The position numbers and the translations under genes were made by a program. The notes beneath the pieces were generated by a model, which worked only from the letters and a program-made list of their open reading frames with translations, searched no databases and was not told the origin of the DNA. Positions 62,825 to 64,000 of a DNA stretch of 64,000 nt are shown one piece after another (position 1 is the first letter of the stretch; every line of letters begins with the position of its first letter). The DNA is taken from the NCBI GenBank assembly GCA_035635475.1, contig DASQAZ010000055.1, forward strand, positions 9,035 to 73,034, written 5' to 3'. The stretch comes from Bacteroidota bacterium (GTDB taxonomy: Bacteria; Bacteroidota; Ignavibacteria; UBA10030; SZUA-254).

Positions 62825-64000
62825 TGCGGCTCAGCCGCCTCCGGTCTCTTTTTTCTTTCGGCGCCCCTCGCCCTCTGCGAGACGGCAAGCCGCCGATGAA
62901 CCTGAACGAGCGCTTCAGGGCCCTAAGAAACCTTCCGAAACTACTCCGATTGCTGTGGCAAACGAGCAAGCCCATGACGGCCGCGGATTTCCTCCTCCGC
63001 CTCCTCAAAGCGATCGTTCCGTTGGCGCTGCTGCACGTCGGACGACTGATTATAAATGAAATAGTCCACCTCGTGCAGGCAACGGGTGAGCGCGACTTCA
63101 CGCACCTCTGGCTGCTGGTCGGGACGGAATTTGGCATTGCCGTCCTTTCCGATCTTCTCGGCAGGGGCATTGCGCTGCTCGATAGCCTCCTGGGCGATCT
63201 GTTCTCGAATCGGACTTCGATGCGCATCATGGAACATGCGGCGCATCTTGATCTTTACCATTTCGAAGACTCGACATTCTACGATAAGCTCGAGCGCGCC
63301 CGGCAGCAGACCACCGGGCGTATCGCGCTCATGACTCAGCTGTTCAGCCAGATGCAGGATTTCATCACGATGGCGACACTGGCAGCCGGTTTGGTGGCAT
63401 TCAGTCCGTGGCTGATCGTGCTGTTGTTCATCGCTCTCGTACCCGCCTTCCTCGGCGAGGCGCACTTTAGCTCGAAGACCTACTCGTTCATGCGGAAATG
63501 GACTCCCGAGCGCCGGGAACTCGATACGCTTCGGTATGCGGGGGCGAGCGACGAGACGGCAAAGGAAGTGAAGATTTTCAACCTCTCAGATTTTCTGACA
63601 GGAAGGTTCGCCGCGTTGTCGGATCGCTTCTATCGTACGAATAAATCGCTGTCGGTGAGGCGCGCGTCATGGGGGAGTGCTCTTGCACTCATCGGAGGTG
63701 CCGGATATTACTTCGCCTATATCGTTATTATCATGCGAACCATCCGGGGGGAAGCCACGCTCGGCGATTTGACTTTTTACGCCGGTTCTTTCAGGCAGCT
63801 CCAGAACCTGCTTCAGACGATACTGATGCGGTTCTCGGCACTCAGCGAGGGCGCGCTCTATCTCAACGATCTCTTCGAGTTTTTCGGCCTTGAACCCCTC
63901 GTGCGATCCCCTCACAGTCCGAGACCTTTTCCCCGACCCATCAAGGAAGGGTTTACCTTTGAGAATGCCGGCTTTATGTACCCGAACTCGATCCGGTGGG
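62824..64000 (+). CDS. ABC exporter, fused permease-ATPase, N-terminal part (runs off window end)
   Basis: Open-ended, so absent from the track. ATG 62824 (TGATG overlap with tyrS) or in-frame ATG 62896. MNLNERFRALRNLPKLLRLLWQTSKP..., 6-TM ABC_membrane-type region, then the start of the NBD (FTFENAGFMYPN). Confidence 0.75.
   Translation, partial: MRLSRLRSLFSFGAPRPLRDGKPPMNLNERFRALRNLPKLLRLLWQTSKPMTAADFLLRLLKAIVPLALLHVGRLIINEIVHLVQATGERDFTHLWLLVGTEFGIAVLSDLLGRGIALLDSLLGDLFSNRTSMRIMEHAAHLDLYHFEDSTFYDKLERARQQTTGRIALMTQLFSQMQDFITMATLAAGLVAFSPWLIVLLFIALVPAFLGEAHFSSKTYSFMRKWTPERRELDTLRYAGASDETAKEVKIFNLSDFLTGRFAALSDRFYRTNKSLSVRRASWGSALALIGGAGYYFAYIVIIMRTIRGEATLGDLTFYAGSFRQLQNLLQTILMRFSALSEGALYLNDLFEFFGLEPLVRSPHSPRPFPRPIKEGFTFENAGFMYPNSIRW

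Overview
This is a moderately GC-rich bacterial chromosomal segment, almost entirely core housekeeping genes.

**Left edge, minus strand:**
- a partial c-type cytochrome (CXXCH)
- a MenB/BadI-like crotonase translationally coupled to an EthD-family protein
- a DUF2723 membrane glycosyltransferase-like gene on the + strand

**3.6-35.2 kb, all + strand, the translation/transcription super-cluster:**
- a consensus promoter, then tRNA-Thr/Tyr/Gly/Thr, rpmG, tRNA-Trp and secE-nusG-rplKAJL-rpoBC
- a second consensus promoter, then rpsL-rpsG-fusA-tuf
- the S10, spc and alpha operons through rplQ, ending in a hairpin plus T-tract terminator

**35.2-51.6 kb, + strand:**
- leuS runs with 4-16 nt gaps or overlaps into an LPS/glycan-type cluster: three GT2 genes, an MsbA-like ABC exporter, an O-antigen-ligase-family protein and a GT9
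- then DUF1844, nadK, radA, rdgB, a hypothetical protein, a PhzF-like protein and a membrane-anchored Fe-S (HdrD/DsrK-like) oxidoreductase

**51.6-57.4 kb, minus strand:**
- tRNA(CAU)-tilS-hpt-ftsH, followed by a polyprenol/DAG-kinase-like membrane protein, a nucleoside 2-deoxyribosyltransferase-like protein and an orphan GroES-like protein

**Right end:**
- hpnC-hpnD-hpnE (three-step squalene synthesis), a 5-TM hypothetical, tyrS and a partial ABC exporter

Protein signatures (rpoB/rpoC/S12 N-termini) look FCB-group, Ignavibacteria/Chlorobi-like. That placement is inference only.

I found no mobile element, CRISPR array, toxin-antitoxin pair or recognisable defence system, and I cannot point to a convincing new multi-gene system.

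**Observations most worth a second look:**
- a tRNA-Gln gene embedded inside the spc operon between rplR and rpsE
- an apparent CTG start for rpsL
- a tRNA(CAU) with its own promoter immediately upstream of tilS
- Lys/Glu/Pro tandem-repeat extensions on L5, L22 and L17
- a Cys4 L24
- a shared GGAAAATA spacer motif in the two translation-operon promoters
- structured rplL-rpoB and rpsJ-rplC spacers
- the orphan GroES-like and NDT-like genes appended to the tilS-hpt-ftsH operon
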